The notes under the pieces: generated by a model
What the model was told of the DNA's origin: nothing
Databases searched by the model: none
What the model saw: only the letters and a program-made list of their open reading frames with translations
Origin: Squalus acanthias
Taxonomy: Eukaryota
Assembly (NCBI GenBank): GCA_030390025.1
Contig: CM059433.1
Span: 21,516,001 to 21,580,000, forward strand
Direction: 5' to 3'
DNA: 64,000 nucleotides
Shown: in pieces, positions 35,341-47,066 of the stretch
How positions within the stretch are numbered: the stretch's first letter is position 1
Layout of the letters: every line of letters begins with the position of its first letter
Translations under genes and position numbers: made by a program

Positions 35341-36906
35341 GTGAAATATATTAGGTCTTTGTTTTCATATGGTTATTAGGAAGTAGACCTTTTCCACATT
35401 ATAATGATCAAGTGATGTGAATAAAGTGGGCATTGAAATCGAATAGAGCATTTAGAGCCAAATATACAGGAATCTGATTGTTGGTAGAACCTATTTGGCT
35501 GCATTAACTCCACAGAGGGAATAGAACAACAAAGCATCAGGCACAATTTTTGTGCTTGATCCAACATAAAACTGTCCCTTCCAGCTATTTTCTGGTGTCT
35601 GTGAGAGTGAGTTAACAGAGTGCAGTAAGAGTTTGAATGAGAGTGCTAAAGACATCTTAAAGACAAGGCTTGAAGCTTACACTGTACAAGGAAAGTGGAA
35701 AAGTGTTTAATTTCCCAGTAAGAAGGTGTGGTGGGGGGGGGGGTGTTAAAAAATTACAACATGGATGCAGCCAAAAGTATCTCAAAAAAGAGAAATTTGC
35801 AAACCGAGTGAATAAATCTATATTTTTCACATTTCAGTTCACATCTTTCCCCATAGTGTTAGTCTTCAACTGACTAGTTGGATCACTTACTTCCTAATCA
35901 GTAAAAAATTAGAATTTCCAGTGGTCTCCCTGTTATAGGAAAACAGGACAAAGTGGCCAAGCACAGAGTAAGAAGGAGGCAAAAATAATTTGAAACAATG
36001 CCTTATACCAACAGTAGGAGTAAACAGTCATGTAATTCTAACCGGTCTTATCAGTAAATGTTTTAAATATTTTCCAGACTCTGTAATTTTACAATCATCA
36101 TCCCACAATCATTTATAATACAATTAAGAAGGTCTATCTTCTGCCTAATTTTGTTGGTCACTTGAAATATTATTGTAATGTGTGTGTGTGTAGAACTGCA
36201 ATACTATCATTCAGCACAGTAGCTCATGCTTCACTTTAATCTGATGAGACAGGAAGCAGGGTTGTTTGATTTAAAGAGACATATGTTAAAACAATTTTCT
36301 CCTTCATGAGGCTGAAGGGGGAGCTTTCGGCTGCAGGCTTTCCCATGGCTACTGACCATGCAGCTTCAGAATTGACTGACTGAATGTCGCAGGGAGCATG
36401 CAAGGATTGGTGGTTCCCCTGTCCCTGTCACTTCCCTGTGGGTTGCAGAATTTTAATGCACTGTTAAAGTTTTGTATTTTGACCTAGCAGGCAGGACAAG
36501 GACTGATGATACTGATTGTGACTGATTGATTGAAGTGAAGCATGTGCTGATGGCGCTAACCTTTAGAAGAAAAATGGTCCATGTGAATTAATTATTGAGA
36601 TTCAATGGGGGATTTCATACACATTTGAATTTTTACCTATAGGCCTAAAAAGTATTGGAAAAAATTCATGCCACCTTATTTTGACAGGTGCACATAATGG
36701 CCCGGATTTTGCGGTTGGCAGCGTAATCAAGGATTCCGCCGCCGGTATCAGAACTGAATGCACACTTACCTGCTGGGAACCCTCCTCCAAGAAGCTACTG
36801 TCAGACGGTGTGGAGTAGAGGGCAGCGTAGTGGCCCACGGATCCCAGGGGTGCACCGTGTGCGTAAGCGTACCCGGGATCACTTGGGCCGGTGGTCCAAA
36901 CAGAAG

Positions 36907-37183
36907 GGGCTGGATTTTGTCTTGGAGTCGGGTTGGGGTCGTGTTACCCGCATTTCGTGTTGTCCCCCCGACTCCAGATTAATGTGGATGAATGATGCAA
37001 TTTTCACTTAATTGGGCAATTGAGTTCCAGCATGTGGGAACCCATGAACCAATTAGTGGTTTCAGTGGGAAAGTCGCCTCTGATGATGTCATCATTGCAG
37101 GCTGCCTGGTCTCAGAGATTGCCTGGCCTTTGCTGTGAGTGGACCTGTCTGGCTTTGCTGTGAGTGGACCTGGATGCAAAACA

Positions 37184-37215
<32 letters not shown>

Positions 37216-37366
37216 GCGGGACGGAGTTGGGAACTCCGTGACCGATTTTGTCAAAATTGCGTGGAGGCGGGATGGAGTCGTGATGGGGTCGGGACCCCCG
37301 ACCCCACAACTTTAACCCCCCACACGCCTCCAAACCCGACTCCACAGGTCATTGAAAATCCAGCCC
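36907..37366. mobile_element. Harbinger-type MITE, TSD AAG
   Basis: AAG|gggctggattttg ... gaaaatccagccc|AAG. It shares its right end with 57035-57878 and is preceded by another MITE end starting at 36699. Confidence 0.85.
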
Positions 37367-38265
37367 AAGGTCTCTCATTAATACTATTGCAGATCGTAGG
37401 GCTATTCTCCATTTAGACAATATATTTGAATTTGTCATTTTGGGGTCTGGGGTGTTTGGACAAAAAAGTATGGACAGCTCAAAATTATGGTGCTACTTGG
37501 CTTTTTTAAAAAGTGCTGATTTAGAGCAAGTTACATTTCCAGTAATTTGATTGAAAATCATCACTACTCTTCTGGTCTACACACAACCAAATGTTCTCCA
37601 GTTAGGCCATCCAGAGAGGACTGACCCCAGACCTGCAGTGAGTAGAACTGGAAACGTTTTCTCTCTGCAAAGCAAATTTGAAGTGCGGCTTTCTTATACA
37701 CATTGGAATTCCTTTAGTCTCTGGGAACTATGCTCGATCTTTGATAATATGCATTTCAGAATCGTCTAATCAAATCATTTATTTTTGTCATGTCCAAATT
37801 GGAAAGCTATTTTCACCACTTCGTATTACTGTTTAACCTTCCTTTTTAATTAATGGAGTGCAATTTCTTAATTATCTTGTCAGGAGGTATCCCCTTGCGC
37901 TGTGCAAACAGGCCCTGTGCCTGTTTGCACCAGAAGTAAAATTTTCATGTGTAATTGCTGGGCAGTTGGTGGGCAATTAGCCCAACTCTGCACCAGCAAT
38001 TAGGATTTCAATGTTGGTGCGGATCATCTGACAAGTCGGAACTTGACAGATCGCAAGTTCGAGATTTAGCACACGGAAATCCCAAATTTGCTGTCCATTT
38101 CAAAGGCGGTATGACGGCATACTCTAAGAGTTCACCGTCATACCGATCGCAAATTCTTGCCCAATTTTTCTAATGGTGGGAAGATGCATAGTCCCCTGCC
38201 CAGTTTTGAGTGAAAATTGAGAGGTCGCACAACACCAGGTTATAGTCCAACAGTTTTATTTGAAA

Positions 38266-38307
38266 TCACAAGCTTTCGGAGCTATCGATTGCTCCTTCCT
38301 CAGGTGA
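38266..38307 (-). ncRNA. Minimal type-I hammerhead ribozyme in the Penelope pLTR
   Basis: Minus strand UCAC-CUGAGGA-A-GGAGC-aaucgaua-GCUCC-GAAA-GCUU-GUGA: conserved core, helix II, palindromic AGCU helix III and helix I UCAC/GUGA. Confidence 0.78.
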
Positions 38308-38640
38308 AGTAAATTGGATACAGAATCGCCAGAGCATATATAGATGGAAAACAAAGCATGTGTACTTTACAATTGCAGACCAATAAATTAAATCATCCTG
38401 ACTATCTGCCGAGGTGTGATAAAGTTAATTAAGTCAGCCAGGAAGGTACCACATCAAAAGACATAGCAAGATACAACTGAGACAATGAGGTGTAGTCGCA
38501 GGGGTTCTAACGTGCCAAAAGCTGCCGTCTGTATGTAAAACGAAAAGCTTTAAAAAAAATTTACTTTTTTACTGGGAAAATTTTTACTTTTTTACTGGGA
38601 ATCACATCTGTGAACAAGCTAACGACGACTCGAGTCCGGA

Positions 38641-40051
38641 TCACGTCATGTATCGTGACATAAACCCAAGATCCCGATTGAGACCGTCTTCATGAGTGCG
38701 GAACTTGGCTATCAGTTTCTGCTCGATGATTTTGCGTTGTCGTGTGTTTCTAAGGTTGCCTTGGAGAACGCTTACCCGCAGATCCGAGGCTGAATGTCCT
38801 TGACTGCTGAAGTGTTCCCCGACTGGGAGGTAACAATCCTGCCTGGCGATTGTTGCGCGGTGCTCGTTCATACGTTGTCTCAGTGTCTGCATGGTCTCGC
38901 CGATGTACCATGCCGCGGTGCATTCTTTCCTGCAACGTATGAGGTAGACAACGTTGGCCGAGTCACATGAGTATGTACCATGTACCTGGTGGGTAGTGTC
39001 CTCACGTGTGATGGTGGTATCTGTGTTGATGATCTGGCATGTCTTGCAGAGTTTGCCATGGCAGGGTTGTGTGGTGTCGTGGTCGCTGTTATCCTGAAAG
39101 CTGGGTAATTTGCTGCGAACGATGGTACTTCTGAGGTTAGGCGGCTGTTTGAAGGCAAGTAGTGGAGGCGTGGGGATGGCCTTAGCGAGGTGTTTGTCGT
39201 CATCGATGACATGTTGAAGGCTGCGAAGAGCATGGCGTAGTTTCTCCGCTCCGGGGAAGTACTGGACGACGTAGGGTACCCTGTTGGTTGTGTCCCGTGT
39301 TTGCCTTCTGAGGAGGTCTATGCGATTTTTCGCTGTGGCCCGTCGGAACTGTCGATCGATGAGTCGAGCGTCATATCCCGTTCTTACGAGGGCGTTTTTC
39401 AGCGTCCGTAGGTGTCCATCGCGTTCCTCCTCGTCTGAGCAGATCCTGTGTATTCGCAGGGCTTGTCCATAGGGGATGGCTTCTTTAACATGGTTAGGGT
39501 GGAAGCTGGAGAAGTGGAGCATCGTGAGGTTGTCCGTGGGCTTGCGGTAGAGTGAAGTGCTGAGGTGTCCGTCTTTGATGGAGATTCGTGTGTCCAGGAA
39601 TGAGACCAATTCTGAGGAGTATTCCATGGTGAGTTTGATGGTGGGATGGAACTTGTTTATGTTATCGTGTAGTCTTTTCAGTGATCCTTCGCCATGGGTC
39701 CAAAGGAAGAAAATGTCGTCGATGTATCTGGTGTACAGCGTTGGCTGGAGGTCCTGTGCAGCGAAGAAGTCTTGCTCGAACTTGTGCATGAAGATGTTGG
39801 CGTATTGGGGTGCGAATTTGGTCCCCATGGCTGTTCCGTGTGTTTGGGTAAAAAAATGGTTGTCGAAGGTGAAGACATTGTGGTCAAGGATGAAGCGGAT
39901 GAGTTGTAGGATGGCGTCTGGAGATTGGCTGTTGTTGATGTTGAGTACTGAGGCTGTTGCAGCGATGCCGTCATCGTGGGGGATACTGGTGTAGAGTGCC
40001 GATACGTCCATCGTGGCAAGGAGTGTTCCTGGTTCAACTGGTCCGTGGGTG
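38641..40051 (-). CDS. Penelope polyprotein remnant: reverse transcriptase + GIY-YIG endonuclease (uninterrupted ~470 aa, N-terminally truncated)
   Basis: RT motifs LATMDVSALYTSIP, GTAMGTKFAPQYAN and YTRYIDDIF; linker CHGKLCKTC; GIY-YIG NVVYLIRC...WYIGET. The first ~38 aa of the track ORF come from flanking DNA. Confidence 0.92.
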
Positions 40052-40414
40052 CAGTTTTGAGTGGACAGCCTAATTTTTGAGCAAAATGTCCAAGCATTTC
40101 TATAATTTAACGCTGATATCCAAAGTTCAGTTTCTCTACTTACTTCACTGAAGTATATTGGAGGCATTCATTATCAAAATCTTCAACAAATTTTATTGAG
40201 CTGCAAGGAAACGCTGGAACTCGAGTCCTGTTTAATCACCCTTCCCAAACTCTGGTTCCTATCCTGCTCCTTATGTAGTTTTTTTTTTGCTTGTGAAAAC
40301 AGTTACAGCCCTAGGAGGGAATGTAATTGCACCTTTGTCTTTTTAACCATCTCTCTGAGAACAGTGTAAATATTTATGCCAGTAATGGCTTTTCCTCATG
40401 AAACCCACATAATT

Positions 40415-40950
40415 ACCTCTGGAGTACCCAAGGTTCAATTCTTGGCTTCTCCTTTTCCTCATTTACATGCTGCCCCTTGGACACTTTATCCACAGACATG
40501 GGGGTCAGTTTGCATATGTACGCTGATGACACCTATCTTTAGCGCTCCACCAGCGCCCTCAATTCTGTAACCACTTCTGTCAATCTGCCGAACTGACATC
40601 AATTTGTGAGTAAGCCAGAACTTTCTCCAAGTGAACGTTGGGTAAACCAAAGCCATCATATTCAGCTTCCATCAAAAACTCCATGCAGTTTCCCCAACTC
40701 TGTGCTCCTCACCAGCTTTTCTCTCAAGCTGAACGAGACAGTTTACAACCTCAGTGTCCTGTTCGACCCTGAATTGTGCGTTAACCCCATAATCCTATCC
40801 AATAATAAAACTGCTTACCTCCACTTCACAACATTACCCACCTCCACCCTTGCATCGCCCTCACTACCACTGAAACCTTTGTCCACGCCTTTGTTGCCTT
40901 AACACTCAACTTGTCCAATGCACTCTTTGTGGGCCTTCCTAGCTCCTCTC
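40415..40950 (+). mobile_element. Old L2-clade LINE fragment
   Basis: SGVPKVQFL and YADDT (tacgctgatgacacc) remnants, with degenerate similarity to 4640-5000. Confidence 0.75.
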
Positions 40951-41327
40951 TGTTCAGGAGTAATGTCTGAGATTTTATTGACTCAACAACAAGGTAACTA
41001 TATTGCCGGGTGTGGAACTGAGCTATAGTGACGAGGAAGGTTCCAAATTTGATTTCCTAATATGTTCGAGCTTAGCTGGGCCTGCAATAGAGATACCGAA
41101 ATTGGCCTCAGCACCATTGGCTAGGGAGTGGTGAAGCCAAAGTTCCCATTTCTGTGCCAACATTCCAGGCCTGGAAAGTGCACCAGTGATGAATGTGGTT
41201 TGAGGACAGAATCAGACTCCTCTGTGATTTTGTCACCCCCACCCTGCTGCCCCCAGCAGAATGACCACTGGGTGAGGTACTGAATGTCAGCCAGCATCTA
41301 CAGAACTGGACTCCAACATAAATCAGT

Positions 41328-41444
41328 GGGAGTCATTTTAACTTCTGCCGATAGTGTAAAATGGGTGAAATCGGGAGAGGTGCATAATGGGCGGACGACT
41401 CGACCGCCATTTTTTATACTATTGCAAGAGTTAAAATTACCCCC
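41328..41444. mobile_element. Mini Harbinger-type MITE (~117 bp)
   Basis: gggagtcattttaactt ... gagttaaaattaccccc; flanks AGT/AAT. Confidence 0.6.
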
Positions 41445-42566
41445 AATGCCTTTGAGAATGGAAGGGAGAAAAGTGCAAGAAAAAGGGCTTTGAATCAAAT
41501 CAAAAACGGACCGCTTGTTCCCACTGAAAACACTGGAGATTCAGACGAACAGAGTAACCCCATTGCTCTCACTAAGAGATAGTTTACAACATAATTTAGC
41601 TGCTTTTTCTTATGTATGAGTAAGATATTTTTGCAGAAGCCCAAGCAGTACAAATGAATTAATACCTTTTTAAACATGCAAACTGTAGCCAAAGGCAGCC
41701 TCTGGAGTATAAGATACGCAGATAAAATTATGGCAATGTTGTTTTATGTAATTAATATCTGTAGCGAACAGTTAAAACTGGTAGCAATTATTTCTTTGAA
41801 GGAATTATAAAAGTCACTATGTGAATAAGATAAACGCTTTAAAAAAAGCCAAACACAATTAAGGCAATATTGTTTTGAATACATATTATGCTTTAAATGT
41901 ATGATTATTAAATAATCTTTAACAACCTAGCCATCCACAAATTGACTAGAAGTGGCTTTTAATATATCAAGCAATTATTACTTGGCATCAGAGTTCAATA
42001 AGCTTTAACGACATACCAATATACCTGCCAACCTCACAGTGGTTTTACTGCAGTTTCCAGATTTATTGCTATATATATCTCCCCTTCAGCTCTCGAGCCT
42101 TCTTCATCTTAATGTGCCACAGTCCCAACAGAGTGAGTGGCACGCAGGGGTGAGATTTCCCTCGGTCTTTGTAACAAAATTGGAAATGTATTCTTTACAA
42201 AGGTGTTTATGATTTTGCTGTAAGTAGCACACAGAGGGGATCTTCTCATTTAGGGTGCAACTGGTTCAGTTTTTGAACAGGCTGTTCAGAAATTTCAATT
42301 GGATAACAAAAGTATTTTTTGTTAAGTATCTACGTTTGCTTATTTCACTTCCATGGGGACATTCAGATTTTCTATATATTTTCAGCAGGAACAAAGAAAA
42401 CATCAGAGGGGTAATTCCGTGATGACACACTTTCAGTGGGGAGCTGCTCTTACAGGGAGTGTGGGTCGGAGAATCAGTACTACAGTAGTTGTAACTCCTG
42501 CCAGCATAGCTCCCTGCTGGGAATGAAGGATTGTGGAATAATCGCACGAGCCATGATTCCATCTTC

Positions 42567-43795
42567 ATAAGAACATAAGAATTAGGAGCAGAAGTAGGTC
42601 ATTCGACCCTTCGCACCTCCTCCGCCATTCAATAAGATCATGGCTGATCTTTGACCTCAACTCCACTTTCCCTCTCTATGCCCATATTCCTTGATTTCCT
42701 TAGTATCCAAAAATCTATTGATTTCTGTCTTGAATATTCTCAATGACTGAGCATCCACAGCCCTCTGGGGTAGAGAATAGCCAACCCCTTATTCTGAGAC
42801 TGTGACCCCGAGTTCTAGACTCCCTAGCCAGGAGAAACATCCTCCCAGCATCTATCCTGTCAAGCCCCTAAGAATGTTATATGTTTCAATGAGATCACCT
42901 CTCATTCTTCTAAACTCTAGCGAATATAGGCCTAGTCTTCTCAATCTCTCCTCATAGGACATTTCCCTCATCCCAGGAATCAATCTAGTGAACCTTCATT
43001 TCACTCCCTCTAAGGCAAATATATCCTTCCCTTGATAAGGAGAACAAAACTGTACACAGTACTCCAGGTGTGGTCTCACCAAGGCCCCATATAATTGCAG
43101 TAAGACTTCTGTGGGGAAAAATTGTGTGTCGCCCCTTTTGGGGTGCTATTGTCGCTGGGGTGCTAATTTTATCGCCCCGAAAAAGTTAGCACCCCTCGGC
43201 CGTAAATTCAGTGGTAACGCCCCAAACAGGGGGTGGAGCGCTACTGGAAAGCGTTCCACCTCCTGCTTGGGCAGCAACTACTCAACGGAGCACCGGGGAG
43301 CGGCGTACCGTGAAAACAGTGATCGCGGCCGGCACCCTGCATACAAAGGTGAAAGGGGGCAGGTGCTGGCAGTCGGCCAAAATAAAAAATAGCTGCCCGA
43401 CACCTGCCCTTTAAGTAGCGCCGCCGCCGCTGCAAAACCTCCCCCTGATCCTGTCGGACATATCGTCCGGCGATAGGTCAGGGGGCGCAAGTGAAGTTTC
43501 TGGCCGGGGCGCGAGCGGGGCGCTGCACATGGCGATGACGTCATCGCTGGCCGCTCAGCGCCATGGGGCGCTGAATTTCGCAGGAGGCGTTAGCGGTGTT
43601 GCGCCCGGGCATTAGGGGATTTGCGCCCTGTTACCGCCCCCCGGGGGCACTAATGAGAGGCGCAAATCAACCCAGTTTTTCCCCCCTCTACTCTTATACT
43701 CCAATTCCTTTGTAATAAAAGCTAACATACCATTTGCTTTTCTAATTGCTTGGTGTACCTGCATGTTAATTTTCTGTGATTTGCGTACAAGGACC
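42567..43795 (-). mobile_element. CR1/HER1 LINE 3' fragment split by a MITE
   Basis: Starts with the reverse-complement tail ataagaacataagaa; encodes AIRKANGMLAFI. Confidence 0.88.
43112..43685 (+). mobile_element. Harbinger-type MITE, family B variant, inserted in CR1
   Basis: tggggaaaaattg ... cagtttttccccc; flanks CTG/CTC; CR1 is restored on removal. Confidence 0.82.
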
Positions 43796-43912
43796 ATTCA
43801 TGTTCCATTCCCACCCTGCCCTCTGGCCAGTTTTCAACTTAGCAAAAGGTCACAACTCTAGTGAGACAAGAGTTTATTATTATCCCTGACACCTTGTTGC
43901 TGCTGAGACCTG

Positions 43913-44600
43913 GGCCTAAAAATTTGGTTGCTTTGTGCCTCCCGTTAGCACCCTAAGAGGGCACTAACGGGGCTCAAAGCAACTAGCGCCTGACCACGAA
44001 ATTCAGCGGGATGTTAGCGGCGGCGCTAACCGGTAGCGCCCCACGGCGCTGCGCCACCAGCGATTACGTCATCACCGTGTGCAGCGTCCTGCTCGTGCCC
44101 CGGCTGCGATCTTGGGGAGCGCCCCCTGACTTACCGCCGGACGCTATGTCTGACGGGGTCAGGGGGGCCTACCTGCGGCCGGGGAGGCGCAATTTAAAGG
44201 CGAGGTGTGGGGCGGCCATTTTTGTTGCTGGCTGCCTACCAGCAGCTGCCTGCGCTCCCGTTCCCGGCTTCCTGAACGGCCCCCCCCCGCAGTGTGCCGG
44301 CTGCGCTCCAAGAGCCCGGCACTTCTCTTGAGTGCCAGGCTCTTTTGCCGGCACTCCTGATCCCCGGGGGCCCGGGTGGCGCTGCGCAAGGCCCCTCCCC
44401 TTTAAGAACGGGAGGAAGGCCTGCAATACCGCGGCATGTAGCGCCGCGATATTGACTCGCAGCGCCCCAAGAGGGATGCGGGACGCTTCCAGTAGCGCCC
44501 CCGCTTCCCTCATGGGGCACAACCACTCAATTTCCGGCGCGGGGGTGCTAATTTTTCCGGGGCGCTAAACGAAGTTGGGGCGCTACTCAATTTTTAGCCC
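43913..44600 (-). mobile_element. Harbinger-type MITE family B, TSD CTG
   Basis: CTG|ggcctaaaaatt ... aatttttagccc|CTG; colinear with 23391-24110. Confidence 0.88.
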
Positions 44601-44799
44601 CTGGAGCTATAATCAAAGCTTGCAATTCCAATTTCGCACCTGTGTGTTCATTGAACTCAGTTATACTTTCTGATGGAAGAAATGAAAAACATGGCCACTC
44701 ATATCAATTTTCCCTTCCTCATAGACCCACTTACCTTCTCCACTAAACCTGCTCCTAATGCAGTAAATTTAAAATCAAAGCCATGTGTATATACAACAG

Positions 44800-45448
44800 A
44801 AATGAGAAGTCGCACAACACCAGGTTATCGTCCAACAGATTTATTTAAAATTACAAGCTTTCGGAGCTGTCGCCCCTTCCTCAGGTAGAGTTACTGTGAG
44901 ACAATCTACCAGAATTCACAGAATATAAACACAGAGAAAATGCAGAGATCAATCTATCCCTACATCAAAGACATACTAAGAGCACAGCCAAGACAATGAG
45001 ATGTGTCCCAGGGGGTCCAACGTGTCAAAACACCTGCTGGCTGCATATCCTCTTCATTTGGGTTTGTTTCTTGTGTTTGTTTCTTGTGTTTGTTTTTTTA
45101 AAAAGCTGGAAAGACCGGCAACGATGTCAAGTCACGTTCTGTAGTGTGACATGAACCCGATATCCCAATTGAGGCCGTCCTCATGAGTGCGGAACTTGGC
45201 TATCAGTTTCTGCTCGATGATTTTGCGTTGTCGTGTATCCCGAAGGCCGCCTTGGAGAACGCTAACCCGCAGATCCGAGGCTGAATGCCCTTGACTGCTG
45301 AAGTGTTCCCCGACTGGGAGGCAACCCTCCTGCCTGGCGATTGTTGCGCGGTGTCCGTTCATACGTTGTCTCAGTGTCTGCATGGTCTCGCCGATGTACC
45401 ATGCTCTGGGGCATCCTTTACTGCAATGTATCAGGTAGACAACGTTGG
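44800..45448 (-). mobile_element. Second Penelope 3' fragment (GIY-YIG + pLTR)
   Basis: ORF 45132-45448 NVVYLIHCSKGC..WYIGET...HEDGLN, homologous to 38641-38960; pLTR end at ~44800. Confidence 0.9.
44852..44887 (-). ncRNA. Minimal type-I hammerhead ribozyme in the second Penelope pLTR
   Basis: Minus strand UAC-CUGAGGA-A-GGGGC-gaca-GCUCC-GAAA-GCUU-GUA; helix I covaries relative to the first copy. Confidence 0.75.
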
Positions 45449-45466
45449 ATGGTGCATGCATAACCT

Positions 45467-46314
45467 GGGGGTGATTTTGGTGTGTGTATTGATCAAGCGG
45501 GTGGTGAGCACTGCATGTGTGGTGGCTGCCCAGCGGAGTCAGTTTGGGACCGAATCAGTTCTTGTGATGGGTACTCTTTATAATGCTGGCCAGCTGGAAG
45601 TGCGAAATATGGTCTCCAATAGGCAGCTTGCCAATTTGGAGGCGGAAAATCGGGCTGGACAGTCCTTTGTGAAAGGCCTGCGACAGCGTCTTAAAGGGGA
45701 GGTGTATTTAGCATTAGGATCAAAAAGAAGCGCCAGGCAACACGTGCACAGACCTTAGTGCGGCAGCTACCCAAAATTTCAGCTGTGTTAAGATGCAAAA
45801 CCCACAAGCAACCGCCCCCCAAAAATGTCTGCAAAAGCTCCAGCCAGCTTTACTTGGCAACAGCTGGTGATCAGTGTTCCCACGAAGGTGCACTTTGCTC
45901 TGCGCGGCCTGTTTCTTTTAACGCATGGTCCCTTTAAATTTCTGCGCGCGCGCAGTGTAAAATCTGGTGAGCGGCCTGCGCGGGACCTTTGAGATTGCTG
46001 CGCGGCCAGGCATCTTAGCGGGAACATTGCTGATGATCCCTTGGCTGGAGCAGGAAGTGGTGATCATCAGGCAGGCAGAGGCATAAATGGCATTCGGGTC
46101 TTAATTGTGTCAGTTGACCCTAGTTGCATATATGTGCGAGGCTGCTGTTCGTTTCCGACGGATGTTCTGACCACCACAATGCAAGTTTGTCTGAAAATCA
46201 GGACAGACGCCAATACCGTGATAATCTGGCGCAACTACCCGCCGCTGGATTTTGCTTCCAGCCTCTCTCTTGAGTGCAAACAGGGTGGGTGGTAGCAATG
46301 CGAAAATCACCCCC
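45467..46314. mobile_element. Harbinger-type MITE hosting a hAT MITE
   Basis: TIR gggggtgattttg ... cgaaaatcaccccc. Confidence 0.7.
45872..46029. mobile_element. Short hAT-like MITE, 8-bp TSD CTGGTGAT/CTGATGAT
   Basis: TIR cagtgttccc ... gggaacattg; TSD with one mismatch. Confidence 0.8.
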
Positions 46315-46883
46315 TATGTTTTTTTTTTGCATTATTTTAAGTTTACATTTACCACGCTGCGTCAGGTACTTTTAGGAGTAGTTGGAGCGTAGCTGGCCAT
46401 GTTGTTGTACGGTAGTGGGATCTACCTTCCGGTGAGTTTAATTCGATCTGTAATAAGATAAGAACTGTCTGCTGTCCCAATACGCGAGCAGAGGTCAGAG
46501 CTTTAAGGAGGTGAATTTCTGTTCTGACACCATGAACACAAAATAGACCTCAAAATAAGTGTTTCTGTGCATTTTAATTATCAAAACCAAGGAACTCCTG
46601 TGCCTTTATTTACAGGATTGTGTAACGTTAACTAAAGTCTGATTGGAATATCACAGAAGGAAATTTGAGACGAACGTGGGGATATTATGACATGAGTTCC
46701 AAAGAGGGATCTACGCCCTAACACTAACCTGTCTCCTCTCTTTTTAGATGCTGACAGACCTGCTGTGTATTTCTAACATTTTCTGTGTTGGTGTCATTCT
46801 CCCGGGCACAATCGGCGATATTTCAGTTTGGAGTTTTCTGCATACAAGCCTAGACTCACTGATTTCTTTCTCTCTTTTCCCAG

Positions 46884-47066
46884 AGATCGAAAAGGGAAGT
46901 TGTGGTGACCCTGGTGTTCCAGTTTATGGCAAAAGAAGTGGGGACAGTTTTTTACATGGAGACATGTTGACATTCGAATGTCAATCAGCCTTTGAACTGG
47001 TGGGAGAGCGGACAATCGCATGCCAACAAAACAATCAGTGGTCTGGCAACAAACCGAGTTGTGTCT
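46884..47066 (+). CDS. CSMD1: CSMD1 coding exon, Sushi/CCP domain (183 nt, phase 1-1)
   Basis: Polypyrimidine tract and cag acceptor end at 46883; donor gtaag starts at 47067. Translates EIEKGSCGDPGVPVYGKRSGDSFLHGDMLTFECQSAFELVGERTIACQQNNQWSGNKPSCV, closely matching recalled CSMD1 (EIEKGGCGDPG...CQQNNQWSGNKPSCV) and fitting it better than CSMD2. Confidence 0.96.

Larger units (their letters stand above)
38213..40051 (-). mobile_element. Penelope-like retroelement, 5'-truncated, 12-bp TSD CAGTTTTGAGTG
   Basis: TSD at 38201-38212 and 40052-40063; RT+GIY-YIG ORF; 3' pLTR region 38213-38640 with aataaa. Confidence 0.93.

Noticed and set aside
40052..40167. N-terminal 38 aa of the 508-aa Penelope ORF as a genuine start
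   Set aside because: It lies in or beyond the TSD, so it is flanking DNA that happens to be open; the element is 5'-truncated.
1..46883. Additional upstream CSMD1 exons
   Set aside because: By eye I found no match to the expected preceding CUB sequence (e.g. VPDLIVSMSNQMWLHLQ). A short exon cannot be fully excluded without spliced alignment.
46748..46883. 5' extension of the Sushi ORF in the track
   Set aside because: Intronic sequence upstream of the true acceptor; likewise the 3' read-throughs past the donors at 47067, 50031 and 53661.
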